NCBI GenBank assembly: GCA_964016885.1
Contig: OZ024741.1
Location: forward strand, 365,056,001-365,120,000
Length of the DNA: 64,000 nt
DNA from: Eledone cirrhosa
Taxonomy: Eukaryota
Direction of reading: 5' to 3'
Shown here: positions 1 to 12,899 of the stretch, piece after piece
How positions within the stretch are numbered: the first letter of the stretch is position 1
Layout: every line of letters begins with the position of its first letter
Position numbers and translations under genes: made by a program
The notes under the pieces: generated by a model
Told to the model about the DNA's origin: nothing
Seen by the model: only the letters and a program-made list of their open reading frames with translations
The model's database searches: none

Positions 1-44
1 TATATTGCCAAATATACTATACATACATTCACATATATATATAT

Positions 45-228
45 ATAATTACAACAGTGACATAAACAAGTACTCACTTTTTTCATGAGAGGCTGAAAAA
101 ATTGGGGCCCAGAACCGAACGAAACTTGAGTACCTGTTTATATCACTGTTGTAATTATTTATACTAAACTAGCCCTATGGACTGAGTGCTCTTACTCTTG
201 GATATTTCCACTTAACTTTTCCTTCAGT
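45..228 (+). mobile_element. (TA)n-embedded foldback element with hammerhead-like fold and 3' tail
   Basis: Inverted arms 45-76/127-157; agg-CTGAAAA...GAAAC-ttga-GTA-cct at 90-135; tail carries ATGGACTGAGTG (177-188), also found at ~8025 and ~26398; TA runs on both sides. Confidence 0.7.
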
Positions 229-788
229 ATATATATATATGTGTGTGTGTGCGTGTGTGCGTGTGTGTATGTGTGTGTGTGTGAGTGTGTGTGACCTTAG
301 CTGACCTCTTAGGATGTTGCATGTCATAGAACGTTTCTTTGGAGCCTTAATGATAGGGAGCTCCAGTCCTATTATGAAAACGAACGTAAATTGAACGGTC
401 TAGCTCATGAAGACAAAACATATGACCTTATGATCGAGAGTTCAACACCCTAACCCCTAGGCCTCATATGTTGTCATCCAGAAACGTGTATGGTCAATTA
501 AAGTAGCCAACGGTTTCGCTAATTTAATTTCTCTTTTATTGGCCTCAGGATTGCCCATTATTTTCAAGTTACTTCGATTATCGTTCTGTTGTTTTCTTAA
601 TTTTTCAGTTGTTCTGCTGCCAAGTAATTAAAGAAGGAATTAACCAGAGGTGGGGGGGGGGGGATAATATTTTCTACATCTTTTACTCATATATCAAAAC
701 CATATAGAAAATCGACTACAATAATACGCCATTAGTGTTTGTATATATCAATGTCTGTAACTCTTTGGAACTTACCTGCAAATACACA

Positions 789-819
<31 letters not shown>

Positions 820-1551
820 GCACACATACTCCCTCACGCACATATCTCTCTCTATATATATACAAGGCATTTTCTATCTCAGTCAGGTTGCTACAATATG
901 TTCACTTTCCAGCTATATTTCAACTGTAAATAGTTATTTCTCTAAAGTTACTCACATATATTTTAATCGTGCATGTAATTTGTATATAAATGCGGAAATT
1001 TATGCATTTATTTCCTAGAAATAAATTACCAAAATATTTTAAGCACTTCCACGTGTCAGAAATCAACATAAAATATAGGATATCTCTTATGCAAACCATC
1101 ATTTTATCAAATCTTAAATTTCACAGTTTGTATGATTGTTTATATATCCGTAATACTGGTATATGTGACATGTAAATCCTGGACTCCAAACATTAAGTAC
1201 ACCATTGATGGTAGATTCTCACTAGTCTTTATATAGCATATAACTATAACACTAGATAGAACATGCTAATATGAATAAAATCGCATCCTAATTAATTATG
1301 AACAAATAAAAATGAGAAATAGTTTAAAGAAAAAAAATAGATTAATATTATTTACCAAACATATCCACGAGGAGTGAAGGTGTGGGGTTTTGTAGTCTTA
1401 CTTAGGTCACAATCCTAAAGTCAGAAGTTCAATTTTCAGATGAGTGCTGCGTTGTCTTTCAGTATGACATTTTATTGCAGGTTTCACCAATCTAAACAGT
1501 TAGAAAAAATGAGTTTCAAAGACATTTGTACTAAGTTATATCGGGATTTAC

Positions 1552-1636
1552 CTTTCTGTTGCACAATATCGGTGATGGGTGACTGCTTGTTCTTAACAGA
1601 ATACCTTCCCCAGGCATATCCCAGCACATAATCTTT
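1552..1636 (-). CDS. Weak candidate host exon (KDYVLGYAWGRYSVKNKQSPITDIVQQK)
   Basis: cctag| acceptor and AAG|GTAAAT donor; 60 nt further a ctaac...tttag acceptor at 1492; no homology recognised. Confidence 0.15.
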
Positions 1637-2325
1637 CTAGGTGTGGAGCCATTGTCAATTATGATAAAAGGGAGCCAATTTATCAACGTGGAAAGGGCTT
1701 TTTTTTCAGCTATTAGACTTGAAACAGTAATCACAGAATAATAGTTAAATATATTTAAAAGTAGAATCTACTCTCAATTTTGCACTTCATTAGCAGTCTG
1801 GTAACTACTAGGCTCCATGTTAATGGAAAGATAAGTAAGTTTCCGTGATGTTAATTTATTTAAATTCATATTAAAAGTGAATTAAAGTTGTTTGGGAGAA
1901 CCATTTGGACAAATGAAAAATAAAATAAAAATAAAATGAAAAATAAATGCCTTCCAGTAGTGCCCCTTCCGTGACCAATTATGAATCCTAATGACTATCT
2001 TTGCGCTATCAGCATTTGTGTACAGTACTTCAGGCACTTTATGGGTCACGGTGACTAACAAAATAATTAAACGCTGTCCTGGACAGTTCCCGAGGGCTGA
2101 ACAAAAAATATTGTATACAATGAGGTTCTAACAATGTAATTCATGTATTTTCTGTTACTTGGAATTTCAATTATGGTTGTACAAATTATTATAATGTTTG
2201 TTAAAAAATGTGTTCTCTGTTCAGCCTTTATTGTTGTAACAATTTCAATGCATGGGGTTGCAGAACAATAATATAAGAGACGTAAGATAAGAAAATTATA
2301 AAATTAACTTACTTACTAAAATATC

Positions 2326-2404
2326 ACTTCCAACTAATTAGTTTCTGGAATGGAGTAGATACATCTTCCGAAGAAGGTGTAGAGAAACATCCCGTCATCA
2401 GGAA
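2326..2404 (-). ncRNA. Type I hammerhead ribozyme (inverted copy of 2771-2852)
   Basis: Reverse complement of the 2771 motif with a shorter helix I. Confidence 0.7.
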
Positions 2405-2770
2405 CCATTGAACCACAATGTTATTAAGACAAAACCTATATATTTGCTAGCATCGATGTGCATTTGTATGTATATATATGTTACTAGGTATAAATTCTTT
2501 ATTATTATCTCCAAAATATTTGTCGAGCAATACTGGCCATGACTGCTGCTACGGTAGTAGGCTGGCCGCTGTCTTATTAACAACCCACTTTCCACCGATT
2601 GACCTCGACGTCACGTGTTCGATTCTTTTTGAATTTGCCACAGACACAGAGGCAGTGATTTTCTCAATGGCTAGGAAGTAAGTCCACGCTTTGCTATTTC
2701 CTATTCACTGATTTATTTTTTAATAAGCTTCCAGTGTCCTCGCTTTGCCTGGTAACTTATATGAGAATTG

Positions 2771-2852
2771 ACTTTCCTGATGACGGGATGTTTCTCTACA
2801 CCTTCTTCGGAAGATGTATCTACTCCATTCCAGAAACTAATTAGTTGGAAGT
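2771..2852 (+). ncRNA. Type I hammerhead ribozyme with extended helix II
   Basis: actttc-CTGATGA-c-gggatg...tacaccttc-TTCG-gaagatgta...cattcc-a-GAAAC-taatta-GTT-ggaagt; 6-bp helix I. Confidence 0.8.
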
Positions 2853-2900
2853 GATATTTTAGTAAGTAAGTTAATTTTATAATTTTCTTATCTTACGTCT

Positions 2901-2980
<80 letters not shown>

Positions 2981-3033
2981 GTGTGTGTGTGTGTGTGTGT
3001 GTGCGTGTATATATATACATATATTATATATAC

Positions 3034-3062
<29 letters not shown>

Positions 3063-3065
<3 letters not shown>

Positions 3066-3254
3066 ACGAAGGAGTTGTGGTAAGGAACAAGATGGACCAT
3101 AACGCACCAGAGTACTCAATACTTAGGGTAGTAGAGTGGGTAACAAGAGAAAGTATGGCCCTGACGCAGAGCTCAAGCCGTTACGACGGCTATTTCTGGA
3201 CTGAAATAGCCGTCAACATGGCTTGAGCTCTTCCGTCGGGGCCATACTTTCTCC
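3063..3254 (-). mobile_element. Short hairpin-plus-tail element in (TA)n (family C, copy 1)
   Basis: ~50-bp arms around ~3198 and ~85-nt tail containing GATGGACCATAACGCACCAGAGTACTCAAT; five copies in the window. Confidence 0.85.
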
Positions 3255-3264
3255 TATATATATA

Positions 3265-4763
3265 TAATTGAAAAAGTGGAGAATAACATGGTCAACAGTA
3301 AAAAAGGGGGATTTATTTACAGTCTAACAATTGTTTCACTGATAGAGTTGTCTAAAAATTGATAAACACTGAAAGTAGTACCACACAATTTAAATACATG
3401 TTATTCTCATCATATCCTCAGAGACTGAGAGAAAATATAAATATATGCGTAATCGGCAAATTTACAAATTCAAATTACCACATCAATAATGATATTAATA
3501 ATAAAGATATAGAGAGAAAAAAGGAAGGGGATAGATATAGTAAAGAGAGAAAGGAAGGGAAGAAGAAAGACGAAGGAAAAAGAAAAAGAGATAGAGAAAG
3601 AAGAAGAGGAGAAAATTATTACAGCTAAAAAAACCACAAGTAGAGATATCGTAGAAAAGAGAGAAACATGAAGACGGATAAACAGACGAGTATGATAGAC
3701 AAACACAAGTAGAAATAAGATGAAGAGAAGAAGGTAGAGGGGCAAATAGATGAATAAACGTTAATACATGAATAAATAAATAAATGTAAGAAAAAATAAA
3801 GATAGATGTATAGAAATATATGAGGAAATGAATGAAAACATATATAAAAAATTGATAGATAAATAAATAAGTAAATAAATGAATAAATAAATAAATAAAT
3901 AAATTACATCTAATGTAATATAAAATGGTATAATATGTGGAAAGTGGAGATGGGAATAAATAAATAAATGTGTAAAAAGGTATGGAGAATATTTAAACAT
4001 GTTAAGATTATTGAGAATAGTTTTTGATAATTGTTAAATATATGGATAGATATTAAGTTGAAAATATGATAATGTTGAATATATTTATGTGTGTATTGGT
4101 TATTTCAATAAGTAAATTAACTAGTTTAAGATATATTATATATGATAAAATGACCGTGATGAAATAAGTTTAGGGAGAGAGATGCAAAGATAGAGAGTGA
4201 AAGATAGAAATATATAAAATGAGAAAGTTAATATAAGAGGTTTAGATGCTGTTCTTTGGTAATTATAATGGTGAAGATTCTGCTGATAATGTGATATCAT
4301 AGTAGATCCAAATGGTACAATCAGGGTTATGGAATAGATAAGGTGGAATTAAGATGGTCTAAAGTTCTCGAATTTCGTTGCTGATTTATGCCGACAAAAG
4401 ATAATTCGTTCAATTCTATTGTTAAGAAGAAGTTTGCTGAAATTTAGAATTTGGAAAAGTTCCATATTTCAGAGACTCCAGTGGGACATACCAATTGATC
4501 TCATACTCTATGTTTGCATTCTTGAGTTGCCAGATTTTATTGGCGAGAGTTGTTGTATTCGAGAGATTCTATTACTCCAAGATAAACTTACATATTCGAG
4601 AGATTTTATTACTCCAAGATACACTTACATAGGAATACAAGTGAAATCATAAACTCGTCATCCACGTAAACCTCTTGTTGAATCATACAACGCCGTACGC
4701 TAAAACTATCCATGATAAGACTATTCACAACTCTAATTGGATTACCTATAACGAAATCTTGTT

Positions 4764-4765
<2 letters not shown>
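3265..4765 (-). mobile_element. Decayed Penelope-like element: GIY-YIG remnant, long AT-rich 3' region, terminal hammerhead
   Basis: Minus strand ~4480-4640 reads VYLG...NTTTLANKIWQLKNANIEYEINW, similar to NSTSLAHYIWDLKGAYIPYSLNW in the 23081 ORF. Confidence 0.7.
3320..3427 (-). ncRNA. Type I hammerhead ribozyme with ~75-nt helix II domain
   Basis: cagtct-CTGAGGA-t(atgatgag...ctctatcag)t-GAAAC-aatt-GTT-agactg; perfect 6-bp helix I. Confidence 0.7.
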
Positions 4766-4840
<75 letters not shown>

Positions 4841-5060
4841 AGTTAAGAACTCTGGGTAGTCTCTTACAATTAAATAGGTCTAAGAAAAAAGCTTTTCCGA
4901 ACGGTACAATATAAACATGCATGTGTTCGAATCGTAAGGACCAAACTTGGTAGGGTGAAAAAATACTAACTACAGCAATACAGTTTGTTATCCTTAACTT
5001 TAAATATTAAATTAAGAAAAATTAAAATTGTTGTTCGTGTGTTTATATGCCTATATATAT

Positions 5061-5252
5061 ATAACAAAGGAAATGTGGTAAGGAACCAGATGGACCATAA
5101 CGCACCAGAGTACTCAATATTTAGAGTAGTAGAGTGGGAAATAGGAAAAAGTATGACGCCGACAGCAGAGCTCAAGCCGTTTCGACGGCTATTTCTGGAC
5201 TAGAAATAGCCGTCGAAACGGCTTGAGTTCTGCCGTCGGGGTCATACTTTTT

Positions 5253-5255
<3 letters not shown>
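5061..5255 (-). mobile_element. Family C hairpin-plus-tail element, copy 2
   Basis: Near-identical to 3063-3254; flanked by TA runs. Confidence 0.85.
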
Positions 5256-5293
<38 letters not shown>

Positions 5294-5589
5294 CTTTATT
5301 TACCATAAAGGCATTATATATATATATATATAGGCATATAAACACACGAACAACACACATACACCCATCTACAACACACACACATTGGGATCGCCCAATT
5401 AAAACCAGAAGAGTCTATGGAAATCTACTATAATATTTAAATCTAGGAAGCACAAAGATTGTGTCTCATCGACGAAAATGATAAAGAAAACTGAGATAAT
5501 TAGGAAATATAAATACTTGCATGGGGTTTCATATTACCATTGGATTATTCTATTTGGGAAGCAATTATTTTGATCGTACCACACATTAT

Positions 5590-5697
5590 ATACAGGGTGT
5601 TCTCCAAAAGTGTATACATACTTCAGCAGCATTCTAATAAATATTGCCTGTACAGGTAATCAAAGTGTGTATACATTTTTTTGGACACCATGTATAA
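5590..5697. mobile_element. Tc1/mariner-type MITE
   Basis: TA-CAGGGTGT..CCAAAA ... TTTTGGACACCATG-TA terminal inverted repeats; related copy at 59325-59405. Confidence 0.55.
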
Positions 5698-5844
5698 GTA
5701 CGAAAATGCTGTTTTAAGTATGATTTTTTTTTATAGATTTGTTTTGATGGTACAGTACAAACACGTCGATGTATTTTCACGTAGAGTAATACAATCACTG
5801 TTACATTTTATACCCGATATAAGAAAAAGCCGTTTGTATATATT

Positions 5845-5985
5845 AGCACAGACATGGCTGTATGGTTAAAGGCTTCGCTTCATAACCACTTAGTTCTGTG
5901 ATTAGTCCCGCTGCTCAGCCCCATTGGGTTGGTCCAATCCGGAGTAAGTGGAATTTGATAAACGGAAACTGTGGATGTCGGTCAT
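5845..5985 (+). mobile_element. Degenerate tRNA-derived SINE
   Basis: ATGGCTGTATGGTTAAAGGCTTCGC head and GATAAACGGAAACTG tail; similar tail at ~61340-61410. Confidence 0.45.
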
Positions 5986-6374
5986 AGATTAACTGAGTAG
6001 TGAAAAGAAAAATATATATTAGAGAGAGGGAGAAAATGGGACGATTGGCAAACAGTTTAAGAAAATAAACAAGAGAAAAATGGAGAAAAAGAGAAAAGAA
6101 AGCGAAACGTGAAAAAAGATAAGGAGTAGAATATAAAGTAATATAAAATGAAGATCGTGATGGAAAAGAGTACAAGAAAGGAAGGAGAAATAAAAGCCAA
6201 GAAAATAAGGAGCAGTAAAGGAAAAGAAAGAAACCGATTGTTAGACTGGACCAAGGAAACTATTTTTCTATTGGTTTTCCATTGCTAATATAATTGTCTC
6301 TATTGGGTCGTCAAGTATCAAATTTGTAGAAATTTGTTGAAAAAAAACAACAAATTCCTACAAATTTCATACTT

Positions 6375-6925
6375 TTGGATGAAAGGCAAAGCTGACCTCG
6401 GCGGGATTTGAACTCAGAACGTAAAGGGCCATAACTCTATGTTGGAAAGCATGGTGTCTGACGCTCTACCGATTCTGCCAATCTATCGATATTGCCAATA
6501 TGATATCCGCTGGTTGTAAAGACTGACAGTAAGAGCTGGAATTGGATCTAAGGACGCATATAGCTGGATCAGATAGCGTAAAGCATCCCATTCGATTCTG
6601 TAACAACTGCACCAATTCACAGCCGTTGGATTAGTATTTTATTTAGCACCCCGGAAAGAGTTGAAAAGTAAAGTTGGTCTCAGTCACATTTGAAATGGAA
6701 GAGCAGAATGCTAGAATAATGGTTTCTTATATAGGCACTAGGCCAGCAATATAGGGGAAGTGGAGAGTCGATTAAATCGACCCCAGTGCGTGACTGGTAC
6801 TTTATTTTATCGACCCCGTAAGGATGAAAGGTAAAGTTAACCTCCGCGGGATTTGAACTCTTAGAATGCTAAAATAATACCACGGCATTTAATACGACGC
6901 CCTAAGAGTTTGCCAATTCCAGAGC
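6375..6925 (-). mobile_element. Cluster of tRNA-derived SINEs (octopus OK-like)
   Basis: Reverse complement of GAGTTCAAATCCCGCCGAGG..TTTGCCTTTCATCC..GGGGTCGATAAAATAAAGTACCAG. Confidence 0.8.
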
Positions 6926-7519
6926 AATGAATAAAGTCGAATGAAAAAAAATGAATTATGATTTTCGCTGACTGACCTGACAAAGCGTTGATAAAAAAAA
7001 GACTGCAAGTAGTAGAGTGGAAGAAATGTTAAATGAATTGAAATTACATTGTGATTTATTGTTATATCACTAAAGGGGCTAGGGTGGGGGATGTAGAGTT
7101 TGATGACCTATTACTAAGGAGTTCACCCACCCATATATACAATTTAGTCTACAGGCATTAGTACACACACAAACACACACTTATATACAATAAACATACA
7201 TACAGACGCACATAGACACATATACACATATACACACATACACACACATATATGTGTTTTAGCTCAATTCAATGCCTTAAACTCTTAAATTCTTTGGGTT
7301 GTAAACAACTGTAACTATAAATTTATATATCCGAAATAAGGAGGATTAATCATTTTTTAAAGGGTAATATTTGAAGCACTAGTTAAACTTTAATTAGTTA
7401 CCTACCTAGCTGTATGTGATTACACATTTTACAAATTATCCCCTGTGATTGTTTCATGTGTTTATTTTAAATATATATATATATGTCAATCAATTTCTAG
7501 TTGATATATATATATATAT

Positions 7520-7762
7520 ATAGTATTAATTATACTATTTATGGTTATGCAAATACAAAAACCTTTTGCAGTTATATATAGTTTTATATAAACCCTAAAT
7601 AGTGGTAGGCAGTAATATATTAATACCTTATTACCAGTAAGCTAAATAGCTCAATGTAAAAACATCAGATGATTTACAGAGCTGTTATATGAATTATAAG
7701 AATCAAAGAACTGTTCAAAACATTTTTATGCTTACAACTGTTTCCTCCTTTGATTCTTATAA

Positions 7763-7770
<8 letters not shown>
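7520..7770 (-). mobile_element. (TA)n-embedded tail plus short inverted arm; same family as 40615-41030
   Basis: Homologous to reverse complement of 40870-41030; terminal inversion ATGAATTATAAGAATCAAAG/CTTTGATTCTTATAATTCAT. Confidence 0.7.
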
Positions 7771-7830
<60 letters not shown>

Positions 7831-7832
<2 letters not shown>

Positions 7833-8063
7833 TAGTTCCGCAACAGTTAGTCCATCATTATCGAGAACAATGAAGTTGTACGTAAAATGGGTATTCGTGC
7901 AATGATTTTCCCTTTTCCGTACAACTTCATTTAGACCGAGCTGATGATCCGAATAAGATGAAACAATTGTTCTCGTTAATGGTGAATTAACTGTTGAGGA
8001 ACTATTTCTACCAAACTAGTTCCATGGACTGAGTGTACGGATATAACCCACCAGTATTCTACT
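7831..8063 (+). mobile_element. Foldback pLTR-like element of the PLE family at 24932-26447
   Basis: Arms 7831-7871/7966-8007; tail with ATGGACTGAGTG...CCAGTATTCTAC; TA runs on both sides. Confidence 0.8.
7937..7975 (+). ncRNA. Minimal type I hammerhead ribozyme
   Basis: cgag-CTGATGA-tccgaataagat-GAAAC-aatt-GTT-ctcg; palindromic helix III; weak helix II. Confidence 0.7.
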
Positions 8064-8085
8064 ATATATATATATATATGTATAT

Positions 8086-8565
8086 AGTGTAAACAAAGTT
8101 TCAGACACTTAACATGTATGTGTTACCAATGGTTTCGCAGTCCAGTCTGCCACCTTAAACTGGTCCTTCATTCAGGCAGGTGAAAGACGGAATTTGTTGT
8201 CTCTAGGGTAAATCTCCCTCCTAAATTTAGAAATGTATATTTGAGTCAGGGGAGGTAATTCTTGACTGAGCACTGTTTGTATACAAATTTATCAATTTCA
8301 AGGGCAATTTTGTCCAGCTCAAAGGCTTATCAAGTGTTTTCTAGATAGTTAATCTCACACGGAAAAAGATGAATAATTTAAGATTTAAAAATATAGTAGA
8401 CATTCCTCCTCCGTTATACAGTGGTGGCCATAACTGGACCCCGAAACCATTGGTAGCACATACATGTTAAGTGCATGAAACTTTGTTTACACTAAAGAGG
8501 TTCTCTTCCGTCAGATCGAGCACTGTTTTCCCTGGTCTTTCCTTTACGGATTCTCACCAACGTGT
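8086..8565 (+). mobile_element. Foldback element in (TA)n with variant hammerhead (8121-8178, minus strand)
   Basis: Arms ~8087-8146/8433-8492; tail 8493-8565; tgc-CTGAATGA-agga-ccagt..actgg..GAAAC-cattg-GTA. Confidence 0.7.
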
Positions 8566-9184
8566 ATATATATATATATAAATACATATATTACTGTATA
8601 CTACTTAACCGTGATATAGTGGGGGATTACTGTATACTACTTATGATTTTTTATATACTTACTTGCTTACGACATACTTCACACAATCTTCGATTCGTGC
8701 AAAGTTTTTTTCTCCTCTCCTAAAAAATTCTCGCATTTTAAATAAAAATAATTGAAAATAAAAACCAAAATTAAAAAAATAATGTAAAATAGAATAAAAA
8801 TATTGAAAAAATTGAGATTATCAACAATCATCTTAGATCTTTAAGGACTAAATAAATCCAATATTCTCAATCGATATAAAAAAATAATGAAAAATAAGTA
8901 ACTGCTAACAAGCAAGGGGAATAATTTACAACATACAAACAAACAGAAAAAAAAATGGTTATTTTGAGTAGGAGAAAACATTTTGGCAAAATATATTTTC
9001 TAAGTTGTTAATTTGTATTTGATGTAAAAAGATTTACGCGATGCTAAAATTTTGGAAGATTGCCCAAATAGTAAAAATAAATGTGCAGATGCCCCCACCA
9101 AATAAATGGAAAAATTAAAAGAAAAATCTATAATTCATGTGTGCACACACACACACATACACACACGCGCAAACGCACACACGC

Positions 9185-9236
<52 letters not shown>

Positions 9237-9514
9237 GTATAAGTATATATATATATTCTGGAATGTATTAATGTGTTTATATTTATGAATAATTACATGT
9301 GGTATACATAGGTATGTTCACCATGTACAACATAAAGAGGTTTATATGCTGCTCAACTCATTAATCATTACACACGCACACAGACACGCATACACACACA
9401 CACCCACAGATATATATATATATATATCATATATCAATATATCATTTAATAAAATTATTTTTTGGCCCACAATATATATATGTAAATACATAATTTGTTT
9501 ATATATACATACAC

Positions 9515-9556
<42 letters not shown>

Positions 9557-9614
9557 ACACATACACACACACACACAGACACACACACACACATACACAC
9601 ACATATATATATAT

Positions 9615-9960
9615 TAATAAAAGGAATTCTAACTTTGTCTGATTTACTCGTTTTATTTACAATCCTTTAAAATTATAATGACATTATAATGAAATAGTAT
9701 GGTAGACTATTAAATGTTAATTGAACAAATACTTTCATGCTTTCGCAATCTTCAGGTTCATATTCAGTGGTGACAGTCAAGTTTACAATTTTCAACTGTA
9801 ATGAGATGGGTAAAATATACAGAAAAAAAGGGCTACAGAATGCTAAGTTTTGCAAACTGTATTACGACCAATCGGTGTGTAGTTTCACTAGATCACTAAA
9901 GGGGATTGGTTTAGGCATCACGATTGGTTGAGCATGTCTAACAACTTCTATTTGACCATA
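9615..9960 (-). mobile_element. Hammerhead-bearing element, same family as 55871-56275
   Basis: 9615-9800 highly similar to 55872-56060; gaac-CTGAAGA-ttgc-gaaa-gcat-GAAAG-ta-TTT-gttc at 9723-9759 on the minus strand. Confidence 0.75.
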
Positions 9961-10082
9961 TCCAAAGCATCAATTGTTTTGCTATTTTTAGAAATGATGA
10001 AAATAGCATTTTCTAGGGTTTTTATAAAAAATCTTCAGTAATTATCAACATCAACATCACTTTTATTATTATTGTTGTTGTT

Positions 10083-10275
10083 GGGCGGTAGATTGGCAGT
10101 GTCGGTAGAGGGTCGGACGCCATGCTTTGACGTATAGAGTTACGGCCCTTGCCATTCTGAGTTCAAATCCCGCCGAGGTTAAATTTGCCTTTCATCCTTA
10201 CGGGGTCGATAAAATAAAGTACCAGTAATGAAATGGATAATTACTGGCCTTGTGCCAAAAGTAGAAACAATTATT
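10083..10275 (+). mobile_element. tRNA-derived SINE (octopus OK-like)
   Basis: A box (TGGCAGTGTCGG), B box (GAGTTCAAATCC) and conserved core. Confidence 0.85.
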
Positions 10276-10631
10276 GTTGTTGTTGTTGTTGTTGTTAGTG
10301 GTGGTAGTGGGCATGGTCGTAGGCGTAGTCATAGTAGAAGTAATACCCCTAAGCCTTATGTTCATTTAGCTTTTGTTGGAATTTATCAATAAAATTCTTT
10401 TCTTTAATTTTTCTCTTGATTTCACTTGGGCTGTGTAATTTGTAGAATGGAAATATTATAAATATGTTTCTTCATCTTTAACTTCGACAGCGTTTGCAAT
10501 CAGCCCTAACCTACAGAGCAGTGAAGAAAATTCTATCTATAGAAAACAAATTATGTATTTACATATATGTTCTGGGACAAAAATAATTTTCTTAAATGAT
10601 ATATTGATATATGATATATATATATATATAT

Positions 10632-11270
10632 AAAATGGAGATAAGAGGAGCAAGTAAGATTCAAACAATTGTTAAAAATAAATTATAAAATATAATTTAA
10701 ATATTTACCTATTCAATTTGCTTTTACCGACGGTTTCACCACTGTATCATAGGCACCCTGTCGGGATATTAATCTCCTTTTATATTTTCTCCGTTATGTA
10801 GAGAACAAATTCGTTGTTTTATTTAGCTGCTATTTTTAGTGGCGTGATAGACAACACGTCTATGTTTACTTCCTGCTTCTACTAAGGGCTGGTTCATGCA
10901 CAGGTCAAGTTTACGGTCTCATTCGATCCTGTGCTAGCTGGCAGGTGGCAATATATTTTGTCGTTCTTGGGACTTTTGTCCTAGGTAAGGAAAATGCTCT
11001 CTGAAGATCTGAACATTTCCATTGGAGGTCCCTAGGATCTCCAATCTTTTGTAAGGTGAAACCGTCGGTAAGAGCAAATGGAATAGGTAAATATTTAAAT
11101 TATATTTTTTAATTTATTTAAAAAAATTGTTTGAATCTTACTTGCTCCGCTTATCTCAATTTTATAGTTCTGGTATGTCAAATTAATACCATGGAACAAC
11201 CACTGTATCAGAGACACCCTATATATTTCCAGGGGTACTTAGTACCTGTGGGGATATTAATCTCCTTTTA
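10632..11270 (+). mobile_element. Foldback, terminally redundant hammerhead element (~485-nt unit)
   Basis: Arms ~10632-10740/11055-11165; tail sequence CCACTGTATCA..GGGATATTAATCTCCTTT occurs at both ~10739 and ~11200. Confidence 0.8.
10996..11075 (+). ncRNA. Hammerhead ribozyme with extended helix II
   Basis: gctct-CTGAAGA-tct..attggaggtc/gatctccaat hairpin..aggt-GAAAC-c-GTC-ggta-agagc. Confidence 0.65.
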
Positions 11271-11307
11271 TATATATATATACATATGTATATGCACATA
11301 CACACAT

Positions 11308-11338
<31 letters not shown>

Positions 11339-11372
11339 GTGTGTATGTGCATATACATATGTATATATATAT

Positions 11373-12320
11373 ATAATAATAAGGGTTGACGGTCCCAGCA
11401 TATTTATCAATGCCAGTACCGGTTGTATCTCAGCGCACTCAATGGGCAATGTAAGATACACTACCAGAGTATACACATAGTTATTTGCCTGAACACAACA
11501 CACGTAAAATGGGTGCCTATAAGGTTCCCTGACTCGAGTTTCTGCCGCACTAATGCAGCAGTAAGGTGCCCTGCACCCTCTGTCTGCATATATTATGCAA
11601 CAATGCACAATCGGCTTATGCGGCTTTATCAGCGGGTATCGCCTAATCAATAACCAATCGATCGACAGAATCCAAATACCAGCCCATGCCGGTCATGACT
11701 GTTTGTGACAACCGACACGGTAAAGCGATTAACTGGCAACCGATAGGACTCTCTCTCTCAACTAGCCACTGATTTACAAATTTTACGTGGGGACGGGAAG
11801 CTAAAAAGAATCAATCTTTTAGTTCCTGTAAGAAGATCTCAGCCAACGTGTCTCACACACAAATTATCAAGGGGTGAAAAGATGGCTATTAGAAATAGCA
11901 GTTCACATTGATATAAAATAGAATGGTAGCATTCGGTTCATGTCTCCAAGCCCCATGGCTAGAGGAAAGCGATGGTAACAATGGTAGTGCCGAGAACCTT
12001 TAATGGACTTTAAATGCGATCATCCATTATATAACAATATAGTAGCGAGCTGAAATGTGTCAGCCACGTGCGAAGATAACCAGTCTAATTCACAACTTAA
12101 AAGAGTGAGAGACAAAATTAATAGCAGGAAAAAGAGTGCATATCAAAACAAAAACACAATAAAAAGTGAAAAATTGTTTAACTTACTCTCACTATTCCGC
12201 TAGTTGGGAGATAATAATAATAAGGGTTGACGGACCCAGCATATTTATCAATGCCAGTACCGGTTGTATCTCAGCGCACTCAGTGGGCAATGTAAGATAC
12301 ATTACCAGAGTATACACATA
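11373..12320 (-). mobile_element. Non-coding element with ~108-bp direct terminal repeats (~840-nt unit) and a hammerhead-like fold
   Basis: Direct repeats 11373-11480 and 12211-12320; minus strand 11527-11636 cccg-CTGATAA-a-gccgca...tgcggc-a-GAAAC-tcga-GTC-aggg. Confidence 0.7.
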
Positions 12321-12672
12321 TTTTATATCACTATATCATTTAAGAAAATTATTTTTGTCCCAGAACATATATGTAAATACATAATTTGTTTTCTATATTA
12401 GAATTTTCTTCACTGCTCTGTAGGTTCGGGCTGATTGCAAACGCTGTCGAAGTTAAAGATGAAGAAACATATGTTCATAGCTGTCAATTGTCTACAAATG
12501 ACTGTCAAAACGTTCTTGGATTAATTAATACACACACACACACGCACACCATAGACACTCACACACACACACATCCATGCACACTCACACATGAGTAATT
12601 ACATGCGTATGTATTTATGTATAGCTCTTCCAACATGTACAACATTAATACATTTGTATGTTCATCAACTCA

Positions 12673-12749
<77 letters not shown>

Positions 12750-12899
12750 ATACAGAAGACCCGCCTTGCCTAAGTACAAAGCGAAACCTACAGTCAGTAG
12801 GCACCTCTTAACCAAAATACACCTCCGTCCCACTACCCCCACCCCATCCACACCATCCCTTTCGATGTAAAGTTATGTTGGTACCACAACATCCAGTCC

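Larger units (their letters stand above)
2272..2903. mobile_element. Foldback element, near-perfect ~130-bp inverted arms, each holding a hammerhead
   Basis: Arms 2272-2404 and 2775-2903; right arm runs directly into (TA)n. Confidence 0.85.

Noticed and set aside
500-556. Minus-strand CTGAGG...GAAAC-c-GTT
   Set aside because: Core incomplete and helix I weak
6300-6372. Small palindrome also present inverted at 18787-18855
   Set aside because: Probably a tiny MITE fragment; boundaries and target duplication not definable
10083-10180. tRNA-like A and B boxes
   Set aside because: SINE heads without a cloverleaf; not tRNA genes
11381-11450. HDV-like appearance (GGTCCCAGC...AATGGG)
   Set aside because: No P1 partner, no UCC-type L3, and it lies antisense to the element's hammerhead
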